From the human T2T-CHM13v2.0 reference genome, Homo sapiens: DNA of 64,000 nucleotides. The notes below the pieces were generated by a model. That model had not been told where the DNA came from and made no database searches. It saw nothing but the letters and a program-made list of their open reading frames with translations. This document shows, piece by piece, positions 15,940 to 30,580 of the stretch. Every line of letters begins with the position of its first letter. Positions within the stretch are counted from its first letter, which is position 1. A program made the translations under genes and the position numbers. The stretch is taken from NCBI RefSeq assembly GCF_009914755.1, contig NC_060928.1; one strand, 5' to 3'.

Positions 15940-16215
15940 TCACAGAACTGAGTTTCATGTATTGCACATATTATGTTGCTTATAATTTATAATAAAGTGA
16001 GGTAGATGAGGTTTTCTCTATTTCATTAATGAAAAAACTAAAACTAAGAAAATGTAGGTAACTACCCAAGGACTTACAAGTAGTCTGAGCCTCATCCTAT
16101 ATCTGTAAAATGAGGTCAACTGTATTTTCATCTCTGAATTATTATAAGAGTAGAATGAGATACCACATATAAATTACCTGGCATCTACTAGACATTCAAA
16201 ATGAGTAGCAGCTGT
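15940..16215. mobile_element. Two abutting MIR fragments in opposite orientation (- ~15940-16082, + ~16085-16215)
   Basis: Antisense core 'aatgaaaaaactaaaac...taactacccaagg' then sense core 'ctgagcctcatcc...atctgtaaaatgagg'. Confidence 0.55.
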
Positions 16216-16964
16216 GTGTTACTGTCTTGTAGAGGCCAGAATAGGTAGGGATGAGTGATTTGAATAAAAATCTCCCAGACTTTGAAATATTCTTTACCTT
16301 TCTGTAGTATTTTTCAAGAAAATCTGAATTTGGTATCTCATGATGTGGAAATGATGTGCAGAAGTTTCATTTAAATTTTTATAAGAAACACGAACACTGC
16401 TTAAATATAAATTATACTCACTTTAATAGAGCCATAGCCTATAATTTTGTCTTATTTTTTAAAAAAAAACTTTAAAAAAGTTTTACAATTAGATTTATCA
16501 ATAGTTAAATAGACTTTACCTGAATTTCATAAAGCTGAAGACTTACTTATATACTACTGAATATGGCCTAATGAATTCTTAGTGAACTACAAACTTTGCA
16601 AGTCAAAATGTGCTCTCATTCTTTTTTATTTAATATCAACCATAATTAAATGTTCAAATCATGAATATTAAAAACATCTTTAAAAAGAAATGACTTTTCT
16701 AAAATAGAATACCACTTGAATCATACTGATGACCCAAAATAGTCTACCTCTTTTTTAAGTGGAGGTTGATTGATTTTCACTGACAAATAAAAATTGCCAC
16801 ATGCTGATCTGAATAGGTAATGAACACAGGCATTTATTTAAGAAGGATCAACTGCCCCTTTTGTATCTTAAGTTTCTATGGGTATGTGTTTTATTAATTA
16901 AAACCTTCCTACTTCTCGTTAGCTGCCTCTAACTTCACACCAAAAACATCTGTTACTAGGCTTT

Positions 16965-17020
16965 ACACATACACACATATGCGCACACACACACACACAC
17001 ACACACAAACGTACACACAC
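16965..17020. repeat. (CA)n microsatellite, interrupted
   Basis: Read directly. Confidence 0.95.
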
Positions 17021-17146
17021 AATATTAATCAAGTAAAAATAATGTTCTAATTACTTTTTTTTCTTGTGAGAATATATAAAAAGGAGTGTGCAGTGCTGTT
17101 TTTTTAGAAGCTAAGTTATATACTTAAAATACCTTCCTAATATTTT

Positions 17147-17678
17147 TGTGTTTCAGGGTTTTCAGAGAATAGAATCAATAAGATAGATATGTATGCATAT
17201 ATATAAAAAGATTTATTATTATGAATTGCTCACTTGATAGTGGAAGCTGAGAAGTCCCAAGAACTGCAGTTGGCAAGCTGGCAATCTAAAAGAGCCAATG
17301 CATAGTTCCAATCTGAATCTGAAGGCTTGAGAACTAAGACAGTTAATAGTATAGTTCCAATATGAAAGCTGGCAGGCTCATGAATCAAAAAGAGTTGATG
17401 TTTGAGTATGAGTCTGAATGTGGAAAAAGACCAGAGCTCCAGCTCAGGCAGTTAGGCAGGAGTTCCCTCTTAATCAGACTTTTTGTTCTACTCAGGTCTT
17501 CATTTGATTAGATGAGGCCCATCCAAATTAGAGAAGGCAATCTGCTTTACTGAGTGTAAGGATTCAAACGCTGATCTAATCCAGGAACAATCTCACAGAC
17601 ACAGCCAGACTAATGTTTGGCCACTTGTCTCAGCACCCTGGGGCCCAGTCATACTGACACCAAAAAATTGCCATCACA
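17147..17678 (-). mobile_element. ERVL solo LTR, MLT2B-like
   Basis: 'tgtgtttcagggttttcagagaatagaatcaata...gctgagaagtcccaagaactgcag...tgaggccc...actgacaccaaaaaattgccatcaca'. Confidence 0.85.
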
Positions 17679-17684
17679 ATTAAA

Positions 17685-20575
17685 AAAATTATTTTTGATT
17701 AAAGTTTTCATTTTGAGATTATTATAAATTTACATGAAATTATAAGAAATATAGAGAAATGCAGATTTCATTCAGAGAAACTGGCCTTTACTCAGTTTCC
17801 CCCAATGATAACATCTTACAAAACTGTAGTACAGTATCACCACCAGGATATCGACACAAAACAGCAAAGATAAAGAACATTTCCACCAAAACGGTAACTT
17901 CTAGTGTTATATGATACTGTAAACCACAAATAATTCTCACTCCCCCACAATACACCTAACTCCTGGCAATCACTAACATGCTTCCCATTTCTTAAATTCT
18001 GTCATTTTAAGAACGTTGAATAAATGGAATCATACAGCATGTAAACTTTTGTAACGAGCTTTTTCACTTAGCATAATTCCCTGAAAATTCCTCTAGGTTG
18101 TTGGATGTGTCAACATTTCTTTTTCTTCTTCTATTTTTCCCAGTAGAACAGTATTCTTTGGAATGGATTTGTTTATTCACCCATAGAAAGACATGAGGGT
18201 TGTTTCAAACTTTGACTACTTCAACAAAATTTGCTATAAATATTTGTGTCCAGTTTTTGTGTGAACATAGGTTTTCATTTTTTGTGATAAATATGCAGAA
18301 GTGTAGTTGCTGGGTCTATGGTTGTTGTATGTTCAGTTTTTTTTTTTTTAAGAAAAACCACTAAACTGATTTTACATTCCCACCAACAATGTGTATGAGT
18401 GATATAGTTTCTCCACATCCTCATCAACATTTTGTACCGTAATAATTTTTATTATAGCAACTCTGATAAGTGTGCAGTAATAGCTCATTGTGGTTCTATA
18501 TTAATTTCCTTAATGGCTAATATGGCTAATAATGTACGACATCTTTATCTGAGCTTATTTGCTACCTGCATGCCTTTTTTGGTGAAATATCTTTTGCCCA
18601 TGTTCTAAATTGAATTTTCAGTTTCTTTTATGTTCTAGATGCTAGTCCTCTGTTGGATACGTGGTTTCTAAGTATCTAATTTCATTATATAGCTTTCCTT
18701 TCATGGATGGTGATTTTTTTTCATGTCAAATATAAAAGCATTCTATGTAAACCCAGATCCTAAAGATTTTTTTCTATGAATGTTTTTAAAATATTTTGTT
18801 GTATATTTTACACTTAAATCCCTTATTAATTTTGAGTCAATTTTTAAAATAAACTGCAATATTTAAGTTGGGAGTCATTTTCTTAAATAGACTTTATTTT
18901 TAAAAACAGTTTTATGTTAACAGTAAAATCATTATTTTTTTTAGAAAAAAACCTATGCATAACCAATTGTTTCAGCACCACTTACAGAAAAGGCTAAATT
19001 TCCTCCACTGAATTACTTTTACAACTTTATCAAAATTCAGTTGGGCACATTTGTGAGGGTTTATATCTGGGTTCTATATATTTTTCCATTGATGTGTGAC
19101 TATGAAAGGTATCTATCTGTCCCCTAACATAACATAGTTGAGATTACTGTAGCTGGACAATAAGTCTCAAATTTAATTGGATGAATTTCTTCCATTTTAT
19201 TCTTTTTCTAAACTGTTTTAGCTATTTTAACTTATTTATCTTTCTATATACCTTTCAGAATAATCTTGCCTATACCTAAACAATTCTGTGCCTAAATTTT
19301 TATAGGAATTACATTCAAACTCTGTATCAGTTTGGAAGAACTAACATCTCTGAGTATTGTCAATCTTCCAATTCAGGAACATAATGTGTCTTTCCATTTA
19401 TTTAGATCTACTTTGATTTCATTCATCAGTGTTGTCAATGTTGTTGTATAGTTTTCAGCATTCTTATCTCATACAAGTTTAGGCAGACTTACACCAAAGT
19501 ATTTTTTTCTGCCAATTACAGATGGCATTGTATTTTTAAATTAGTGTTCAAATATGTACTGCTAGAATGCAGACATACAATTGATTTCTGCATGTTTATT
19601 TTATATCCTGCCACTTTGCTGAAGATAAATTTATAGCATTAAATTCATCCATTGGAAATGAGTACAAGTTTTAAATTGATAATCAATTATTAGTTCTAAG
19701 AGTTTTGTTTTTTATAGATCCTTTGGGATTTTCTATGTAGACAATTTTGCCATCTGCAAATAGGGACAGCTTTGTTTTTCTCACTCTAAAATGGGTGCAT
19801 TATATGTCCCTTTATTGCTTATTGTGTTGGCTAAAAATCCAGAACTATGTGTTGGCTAAAAATCCCGAACTATGTGTTGGCTAAAAATCCCGAACTATGT
19901 TGAATAAAATTGGGGAGAATGAACATATGCTTTGCTTTTATGCAGATCCTTAAGTTATTCAGTATGTTATAATTAAGTATATATTAGCAATAGTTTTTTT
20001 GTAGGTGTTCCTTCTCACATTCAGGAACTTACTATATATTTCTATATATAGTAAAGAAGTTTCTAAAAATAATTATCATGAATAGGTGTTGAATTCTGTC
20101 AAATGCTTTTTGCCATCAATTGTTATGATCATGTGATTTTTTTTCTTTGATCTGTTCACGTGGTAGATTATACAGAATGAGTTTCAAACATTAAAACATA
20201 TTTGCAACCCTAGAGTGAATCCTACTTAGCCATGTTGTATAATATTTTTAATATATTGCTGAACAATATTTGCCAATATTTTGTTAGAAACTTTTCTTTT
20301 TTATTCAGAAGTAATGTTGAACAGTCATCTTTTCTACTTTGTCCTGTCAACTTATGATTTTGTATCAGGGTACTATTAGCTTCATAAATAAATTAAGAAC
20401 TATTCTATTCTGTTTGTGGGACGAGATTGTACATAATTTTTGCTGATTCTTCTTTTAAAGTTTGGTAGAATTCTCAAGATAAATCAATTCAACTTAAAAT
20501 TATTTTTTTCTTTAAGTTTTTCAAGTCTAAAGTTTTCATTCGGTTTTTTTTATCTTCTAATTTTTCATGAGATTG
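17685..20575 (-). mobile_element. L1MC (L1MC1/2-like) 3' UTR and ORF2 remnant, with internal deletion; continues at 27889
   Basis: 3' end 'cagtttcccccaatgataacatcttacaaaactgtagtacagtatcac' and antisense ORF2 motifs ('catctgcaaatagggacag', 'gttgaattctgtcaaatgctttt'). Confidence 0.82.
19823..19900. repeat. Tandem repeat, 25 bp x 3 (tgtgttggctaaaaatcc(a/c)gaacta), inside L1MC
   Basis: Units at 19823, 19848 and 19873; one mismatch in the first unit. Confidence 0.95.
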
Positions 20576-21222
20576 CATTTTTTTATTGATACTTACTAGA
20601 TGTACATATTTTCAGAGTACTTGTGATAATTTAATATATTTATGTAATGTGTAAAGATTTGTAATGTGTAAAATTTATGTAATGTGTAAAGATCAGTGTA
20701 CCTGGGATATCTATCATCTTAAATAAGTATCTTCTTTTCATGCTGGGAACATTGAACTTATTCTCTTCTAGCTGTTTTGAAATGTACAATACATTGTTTA
20801 TTGTAGTCACCCTATAACTCTATTGAACACCTTGTCTTATTTCTTCTATTTAACCATGCATTTGTACCCATTAATCAACTTCTCTTTATTCCTCCTCTCT
20901 CTACCCAGACTTTAGTAACCAACAATCTACTGTCTATCTTCATGAAATCTACTTTTTAGCTCTCACAAGTCAGTGAGAGCATGTAATAGTAATAGTTGTC
21001 TTTCTGTGCCTGCCTTATTTCACTTAATGTAATTATCTACCGCTCCTTCCATGTTACTGAAAATGACAGAACTTCATTCTTTTTTTATGGCTTAATAATA
21101 GTCCATTGTGTATAGACAGCACATTTTCTTTATTCATCCATTGATGGGCACATAGATTGAGTCGATACTTTCCTTATTGTGAATAGTGCTATAATAAATA
21201 TGGGGGTGCCTACATATATTGA

Positions 21223-21591
<369 letters not shown>

Positions 21592-22463
21592 TGAGGAACC
21601 TCCATATATTGTCCATAGCAGCTGTAGTACTTTATATTCCCACCAATAGTGTAAGAAGGTTCCCCTTTCACCACCTCCTCACCAGCAACGGTTATTTCCT
21701 GTCTTTTTTATAAAAGCCATTTTACTGGAGTGAAATGACATGTCATCAGGATTTTGATTTCCATTTCCCTGATGATTGGTGATACTGAGCATTTTTTTCA
21801 TGTATCTGTTCATCATACATATGTCTTCTTTTGAGATATGTCCATTCAAATCTTTCACCCATTTTCAAACAGATTATGTATTATTATTATGTTATTTAAT
21901 TGAGTTCCTTATACATTCTGGTTATTAATCCATTGTTAGATGGACATTATAAAAATATTTTCTCCCATTCTGTGAGAACGTTGTTTCTTCACTCCATTGA
22001 CTGTTTCCTTTCTTGATATCTTTTTAGCTTGATATCATCCCATTTGTCTATTTCTGCTTTGGTAGCCTGTGCTTTTGAGTACTTACCCAAAAACTCTTTG
22101 CTCTGACCAATGTTCTGATGCATTTTCCCAATGTTTCTTCCACTACTTTCATAGTTTCAAGCTTTAGATTTTTCTTTAAACTAATTTGTTTTGATTTTGT
22201 ATATAGTAATATATAAGTGTCTAATTTCATTCTTTTGCATATCTGCATATGGTTATCTAGTTTTCCCAGCACCATTTAAAGCAGAGACTGTCATTTTGTC
22301 ATTGTATATTCTTGGCAACTTTGGTAAACATGAGTTGGCTGCAAAGGCATGGATTTATATATAGGTTTTCTATTCTGTTCCATTGATCCATTTGTCTGTT
22401 TTTATGACAGTATCATGCTGATTTGGTTACTACAGTTTTGTAGTATATTTTGAAGTCAGGTAG

Positions 22464-24657
22464 TGATATGGTTTGGTTCTGTGTCCCCACCCAAATCTCA
22501 TCTTGAATTGTCATCCTCACGAGTTGAGGAAGGGAGCTGGTAGGAGGTGACTGGATCTTGGGGGCAGTTTCCCCCATGCTGTTCTCCTGATAGTGAGTGA
22601 GTTCTCATGTGATTTGATGGTTTAAAATTGTGGCACTTTCCTTCACTCTCTCTCTCCTGCTGCCTTGTGAAGAAGGTTCCTGCTTCTCCCCTTCACCTTC
22701 TACCATGATTATCTTTCCTTAGGCCTCCGCAGCCCTGTGGAACTGAGTCAATTAAACCTCTTTTCTTTATAAATTTCCCAGTCTTAGGTTGTTCTTTATA
22801 GCAGTATGCAAACAAACTAATACAGAAAATTGGTACTGGGAGTTTGGGGCATTGCTGTGAAGATAATTGAAAATGTGGAAGCTACTCTGAAACTGGGTAA
22901 TGGGCAGAGGTTGGAACAGTTTGAAAAACTGAGAAGAATACAGGAAGATGTAGGAACGTTTGGAACTTCCTACATTCTTGTTGAATGGTTTTGACCAAAA
23001 TGCTGATAGTGATATGGACAGTGAAGTCCAGGCCTACGAGGTGGTCTCAGATGGAGATGAGGAACTTACTTGGAACTGAAGTAAAGGTCATGTATGTTCA
23101 CAAAGAGGTGGTCTGAAATTGAAACTTATGTTTAAAAGGGAAGCAGAGCATAAAAGTTGGAAAATTTTGCAGCCTGATCATGTGGTAGAAAAGAAAAAAA
23201 AAACACTTTCTGGGGAGAAATTCAAGCTGGCTGCAGAACCTTGCATAAGTAATGGAGAGTTGAATGTTAATAGCCATGATGATTGGGACAATGTCTCCAG
23301 GGCATTTCAGAGATCTTCATGACAGCAACTCCCATCATAGGCCCAGAGGCCTAGGAGGCAAAAATGGTTGTGTGGGCTGGACCCAGGGTCCCCTTGCTCC
23401 GTGCAGCTTTGGGACATGGTGCCCTGTGTCCCAGCCACTCCACTTCCAGCCATGGCTAAAAGGGGCCATGGTACAGCTCTGGTCATTGCTTCAGACGATG
23501 CAGGCCCCAAAACTTGGTGGCTTCCATGTGGTGTTGGGCTAGTGGGTGTGCAGAAGACAAAAGTAGAGCTTTTACAGCTTCCTCCTAGATTTCAGAGCAT
23601 GTATGGAAATGTCTGGATGTCCAGGCAGAGGTCTGCTGCAGGGAGACCTTGTGGAGAACCTCTACTAGGGCAATGCAGAGGAGAAATGTGGGTTTGGAGC
23701 CCCCCATGCAGAGTCACCACTGGGACACTGCCTGGTTGAGCTGTGAGAAAAGGACAACTGTCCTGTAGACACAGAGGGGTAGACCCACTGACAGCTTGCC
23801 CTTTATACCTGGAAAAGACACAGGCACACAATTCCAGCCTGTGAAAGCAGCCACAGGAACTTTACCCTGCAGAGCCACAGAGGCAGAGCTGTCTAAACCC
23901 TTGGGAGCTCAGCCCTTGTATCAGCATGCCCTGGATATGAGACATGCAGTAATAGGAGATTATTTTGGAGCTAAAGATTTAGAGATCGACCCACTGGATT
24001 TTTTACTTTATTGGACCTGTAGCTTCTTTGTTCTGGCCAATTTCTCCCTTTTGGAATGATAGCATTTATGCAAAGCCTGTATGCTCATTGTATCTTGGAA
24101 GTAACTTACTTGTTTTTGATTTTACAGGCTCATAGGAGAAAGGTACTTACCTTATCTCAGATGAGATTTTAGACTTTGACTTTCGAGTTGATGCTTCAAT
24201 AACTGGGATTTTGGGGGACTGTTGAGAAGGGATGTTTGGCTTTCAAATATAAGATGGACATGAGATTTTGTGGGGGTGGTGAGCAGGGGTGGGATGATAT
24301 GTTTTGGCTCTGTGTCTCCACCCAAATCACATCTTGAATTGTAATCCCCAAGTGTTGAGGGAACGTCCTGGTGGGAGGGGTTGGATCATGGAGACAGTTT
24401 CCTCCATGCTGTTCTTGTAATAGTAAGGGAATTCTCATGAAATCTGATGGTTTAAAAGTGTGGCACTTCCTTTTGCTTTCTCTCTCTCTTGCTTCTATGG
24501 AAGATGTATCTTCCTTCCCCTTTGCCTTCTACCATGATTATAAGTTTCCTGAGGCCTCTCCAGCCATGCGGAACTGTGAGTCAAGTAAACCTCCTTTCTT
24601 TGTAAGTTAACCAGTCTCAGGTAGCTTTTTATAGCAGTGTGAAAATGGACTAATACA
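22464..24657 (+). mobile_element. Two-LTR MaLR element, THE1D-like (5' LTR 22464-22824, internal 22825-24294, 3' LTR 24295-24657)
   Basis: Both LTRs start tgatatg and end ctaataca. The internal region starts 'gaaaattggtac'. A purine-rich tract precedes the 3' LTR. Perfect 5 bp TSD ggtag/ggtag. Confidence 0.95.
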
Positions 24658-25935
24658 GGTAGCATGATGCCTCCAGATTTGCTTTTGTTCTTCAGGATTG
24701 CTTTGTCTACTTGACGTCTTTTGGGTTTTACATAAATTTTAGGATTGATTTTTCTACTTCTGTGAAGAATGCCATTGGTAATTTTGATAGAGGTTGCATT
24801 GAATCTGTAGATCACATTGGGTAGTATTATCATGTTAACAATATTTATTATTGTAATTCATAATAATGGAATATCTTTTAAATTTGGTTTTCTCTTCTAC
24901 TTCTTTCACCAGTGTTTTATAATTTTCCTTGTATAGATCTTTTATTTCTTTGGATAGATTGATTCGTGGGCATTTCATATTCTTTATAGCTATTACAGAT
25001 GGGATTGCTTTCTTTATTTCTTTTCAGATTGCTCACTGTCAGTGTATATAAATGCTACTGATATGGATGTAGTTCTGTTTTCAGCAAATTTACTGAATTA
25101 ATTTTTTAGTTTTAATGATTTTGTGTGGAGTCTCTAGGTTTTACTAAATATAAAATCATGTCATCTGCAAGCAAAGCTAATTTGAATTATATCTTTACAA
25201 TCTGAATGCTCGTTATTTATTTTTTTCTCTGGCTTAATTGCTTTAACTAGTTCTTCAAGTATTGTATTGAATAAAGGTGATGAAAGTGGTCATCTTGTCT
25301 TGTTTCAGATCTCAGATAAAAGGTTTTCTGTTTTTCCTTGTTCAGTATAGTTTTGAACATGGCTTTGTCTGAGGTCCTTGAGGACCATATATAGCCTAGA
25401 GGTATGTTTTTTTTCTATATCTAGCTTGTTGAGAGTTTTCATCATAAAGGGATCTTGAATTTTATCAAATGCTTTCCAGCATCTATTAAAATGATTATGA
25501 GTTTTTGTTCTTAGATTTCTCAGTTATGTATCATATTTATTGATTTGTGTATGTAGAAGCATGCTTACATTTACACAATAAATCCCAGTTGATCATGGTA
25601 AATGATCTTTTTAATATGTTGTTAAATCCAATTTGCTAGTATTTTGTTTAGGATTTTTGCATCTATGTTCATTAGTGATAATGGCCTGTAGTTTTATTGA
25701 TTTTTTTGTTGTGTCCTTGTCTGGTTTTTGTATCAGAAAAATGCTGGCCTCATGGAACAAATTTGGAAGTATTTCCTCTTTTCATATTTTGTTTGGAGTA
25801 GTTTAAGTAGAATTGGTGTTAGCACTTTTTAAAATGTTTGGTAAAATTTAGCAATGCAGCCATCTGGGTTGATCTTTGCTTTGAGGCAAGAGCTCTTTTT
25901 TATTTTTTTTCTGGGAAAGGCTCTTTCATGTATGA

Positions 25936-26300
<365 letters not shown>

Positions 26301-27888
26301 GGTAGTTTGTTTTCTTTCTGCATTTGAAAATGTCATATCACTCCCTCCTGGCCTGTATGTTTCACTTGAGAAGTCTGTTGTCAGATGCATTGGAACTCCA
26401 TTATATGTTACTTGCTTTTTAATAATCTTATTGATTTTAGGATTCTCTCTTTGTTTTTGACCTCAGAAAGTTTGATTATTATATGCCTTATGCTAGTCTT
26501 ATTTAAGTTTAATCTGTTTGATGTTCTCTCACCTTCCTGTGTCTGGATATTTATATCTTTCTTAAGTTTTTAAAAGATTTTTATTATTATTTCTTTTAAA
26601 AAGCTTTCTACCCCTTGACCTTTCTCCACTCCCTGTTGAACACCAGTAATTCTTAGAGTTGGTCTTTTGATGTAATTTTCTATATCTTGTAGGCAATCTT
26701 CATTTCCTTTCATTCTTTCTTTCTTTTTCCAGCTCTGACTGCATATTTTAAAATAGCCTGTCTTGAAGTTCAGTTTTTTTCCTCTGCTCAATCCTTTCAT
26801 GCTCTTGAGAGGATCTAATAAATTTTTCAGTTTAGTAAATATATTTCTCAGTTTCCAGATTTTTGTTTGTTTTTTATCAGCATTTCAATCTCTTTGTTAA
26901 ATTTCTCTGATAAATTTCAGAGTTGCTTTCCTTTGTTATCCTGGAGATTGCTGAGTTTCCTTAAACTTACTCTTCAATTCTTGCTCTGAGAGCTCATATG
27001 TCACTGTCTTGTTAGGGTCATTCATTGAGTCCTTGCTTTGTCTGTGTGGGAGGTCATCGTTCCCTTTTTGCTGTTGTTTCTTGTGTATGTCTTTGTATTA
27101 AAGAATGAGTTATTTATTGTAGTCTTCTTTTTTTTTTAATTGGATATTTCTGCTTAGATATTCTTTTGTAATTTACGTGTTGGGTTTTTTTTTTTTTTTT
27201 TTTTTTTTTGCTAGGTCATGACTTCCTTTTCAGCACCAGCTCACACCTCAAGCCCTGGTTTGCCTCTTCTTTGGTAAACAATTGGATCACTGCTTGTTCT
27301 GAATGGATGAGATCCCAAAGGGTATATCCTAGTGGTGTGGGAAGGCTGACTAGAGTTTCATGCCCAGGAGACCTGTGGAATATACCTCTTATGGCATAAT
27401 GCTGATGAAGAGCCACTCTGATTTTGTGTCTCCTTTGGCCAAGTTATAGAGCAAAATTTGCAGGCCTGGAATGGTAGTCTCACCTCCCCGCCATTGTCTC
27501 TGGGTATCCTCAGGAATAGTTCCCCTTTCAGATATTTGTGATGCTTTCCATGGGTAGAAGCAAGGACAAGTCCTTTGTCAGGGAACCCAAAATAGTGGAG
27601 GATCTCACCTATTCCAGCGTAGAAACAATGAGTTGGGAGAAATTTTTAGTTCACTTGGTGTTGGGAAGATTTTGAGAAGAGGCACTGTGGACATGGAAAT
27701 CTGATTCTCTTACCATCTGTTCAGAGTGTTTTTCTTGTCTCTGTGACTTTGAGAACTACCTCATCCTTATATTTGAATTCTGAGATACTGCTGGTGATAA
27801 ACTCCATGCAATGTATTCGTTTTTTATTTTCTGTTGGCAGAAGTGAAGTCAGCTTTATTCTACGATGGCATTTGAACACAAGAAAAGC

Positions 27889-28928
27889 TTGAGACTTTAT
27901 ATTCTTTGTTGAGGCTTTCTATTTTTTTATTTGCTTCAATTGTTCTTATAATTTTTGTTTGAAGTTATTTATGATGGCTACTTTAATATTTGTCAAATAA
28001 TTGTATCATGTCTGTTATCTTGGTGCCATCATTATGAATTTTTTTTATATATACAAATTTAATAGATCTTGATTCTTGGTATGAGTGATTTTCCATTGAA
28101 AATTGGACATTTTAGTATTATTTTAGAGGACTTTGTTTTTGATTTATCACTCATTTTATCTGGTTTTCTCTGACATTGCCCAGGCTAGGGAGGTGTGTTT
28201 ACTGCCTTGTACTGCAGGTGGGGATACACATCCTGGCTTCTCACTTGGCTTTTTGAAAACTGAACATGGAAAGTTCTTATTTCAACTGGGCAGAAGTGAA
28301 AGTGCCATCTCCCTACAAGGTCTCCAGTGATACCATGATGGTGGTGACCTTATTATTACTAGACAATAATGAAAGTTCCAGCATCTCACTTGGCATTCCC
28401 TAACACCATTCTGATGGGAGTATTGGGGACCCACTTTGCAGCTTCTTGAGGATGAAAATCTGGGCTTTTCATTCATCTTTGATGGTTTTGATGGTGTTTA
28501 TGGGTATGGGACCACAGATGTGTGTGTGTGTGTGTGTGTGTGTGTCTGTGTGTGTGTGTGTGTGTGTGTGTCTGGAATAGAAGACGTTCTGTCAAAATTT
28601 GTCTGTGTTTCTAGGCTGGCCCTTTTTGGGTCATTTGTTCAGAAAGAACGGGCTTTTGTTGGTTTTATTTTTTTGCCTCTGACTGTTGTTGTTTCTGAGT
28701 TGTTGACTTATTGAGCTCCAAGTCAGGGACATTTGCTGCAAAGTAAAATTTGGAAAGTCGAACCACCTTATGTCAAGGGTCACAAAGTCCCCAGTAGGTC
28801 TACTTTTTTCTCTTCACATTTAAGAGTATTTTTAAAAATATTTGTTTTATATATAATGTTCATGTTTTTTAGTTGTACTTAGCAGGATAAATATAAATAT
28901 ATACTCTATCTTTCTAGAAACAGAAGTC
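27889..28928 (-). mobile_element. L1MC 5' region (continuation of 17685-20575)
   Basis: Resumes 'tgagacttt' after the L1MA. Ends 'tactctatctttctagaaacagaagtc', resembling the antisense L1MC/MD 5' start. Followed by candidate TSD cctaatattttt. Confidence 0.7.
28519..28571. repeat. (TG)n microsatellite
   Basis: Read directly; one TC interruption. Confidence 0.95.
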
Positions 28929-30134
28929 TGCCCTAATATTTTTATTTTTAAAAAATGTTGGGGCCAAAGATAAAATTATGGAATCAGATATTTGTGTACA
29001 CAAGAATAAAATATTCTTAAAAGCAATCTCTCAGTCTCTCTCTTTCAGTTTGTCTGTCTCTGTGTCCACATCTATGATTGTGCCATCTAAGCTACTGATC
29101 TATCATTTGTCATTCTTTATTCATATCTATTTTTATTCACAGCAATATTCCTATCTACATCCACATCTCTGTTTTTACTCCTACCCATACCTTATCATTA
29201 ACATTTATAGGAAATACTTTTTATTCCCTATATACATAGGACAAATGAGACTTCTAATTCTAATTGATTTTATATGTATATTCTTTAATTCATCTCTGCT
29301 TTGTATATGAAACTAATGGAAAAGCAGTTCATTTTGGAACATAAAATGCACTCAAGGTTATATATAAATTTGAATTTATCACTTATTTACATATTTAACA
29401 ACTATTTATTAACATTCTTTTGAACAAGATACTGGTATGAACTGGATGTCAGTGGTATATAAGACAGATACAATATCATTTCCATGGAATGCATATTTCA
29501 TATCCTTTTTCTATATACATGGAAATACTTTCCTGCATAAGTGTACACACATTCACATATACACACTGACACAGTTAAGGTGTAAATGAATGTTCAAATA
29601 GTAGAATATGTTATTTGCCAAGATATGAAAGTGTCTAAGTTAAAAGTGCAATTTTCACTGGTTGATGAATGAGCTAATGAATACTCAAAACTTCATCGTC
29701 CCTTCTGGAGTATGGCTTATTTTCTGACTCAAGATCCCTCCTACCTACTTTGGTCTGGTTTCAGAAATACGGCATATTCCAAAGTATCTTTAAATTTTCA
29801 GAGATAGTAGAAATACAATTTGAAGCTGTATTACCTTTCTAATTGATATGAAAATGCTATCCCATTCCTTTTTTCTCTCTTCCTCTCCCTCTCTCCCCAC
29901 CCCAGGGATACAGGAATATAAAATAAAAAGGGTTAAAGATAATTTTTCATTAGTAGTATATGTTCTTTATTTTATTCTGTAGTAGTCTTTTGATTTTCTC
30001 ACATAACAAAATTTCAAAATATATTTTATGGTCTGAAGACTTCTTTAATTCAAAACTGAGCCATATAGAAAATATGCTTCTCAAGGACAGGCTATCTTTT
30101 ATTTGCTCTTTTATCACCAGTTTCTATGACTGTG

Positions 30135-30580
30135 ACTCATGCTCATTTTTTTCAACAAAGTATTACTAGACAACCATTATGCATTAAACTCTATTTACTA
30201 TTGTCAATATAGTGGTGACAATATAGATGGTGTCTCTCTCTTCATTTTGCTAATCCAAGAATGAAGAAGCAGGGTATTAAATAAGTTAAAAAATAAATAG
30301 TAATTAATTACAAATATGTCAATGGCTTCATAGGAAAGAAAAGGGATGACACAGAGAGAGATTTGAAAATCCAATTGGGTTATTAAGTGAGGATCTTACT
30401 GGTGAGACAAAGGTTGAGTCAAGAACTGAATGGCAGGAAGGAGCCAACATGGATCTGGGGGCAGAGTGTTCTCACCACACAAACATCAAAGGCAGAGGTG
30501 AAAGCATGGTAACTGAGGACCAAGTGGGAAAACAGAAGGACAGAAAGGAAAATATTGTAGAGAGGGTAGACAATAGAGCC
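30135..30580 (-). mobile_element. L2 LINE 3' fragment
   Basis: 'tcatttttttcaacaaagtattact...tgagtcaagaactgaatggcaggaaggagccaacatggatctggggg'. Confidence 0.65.

Noticed and set aside
19823-19900. CRISPR-like 25 bp repeats
   Set aside because: The units are head-to-tail with no spacers, lie inside a LINE, and the context is eukaryotic.
23119-24610. Cluster of overlapping ORFs
   Set aside because: All lie in the THE1 internal or LTR sequence and are decayed MaLR remnants.
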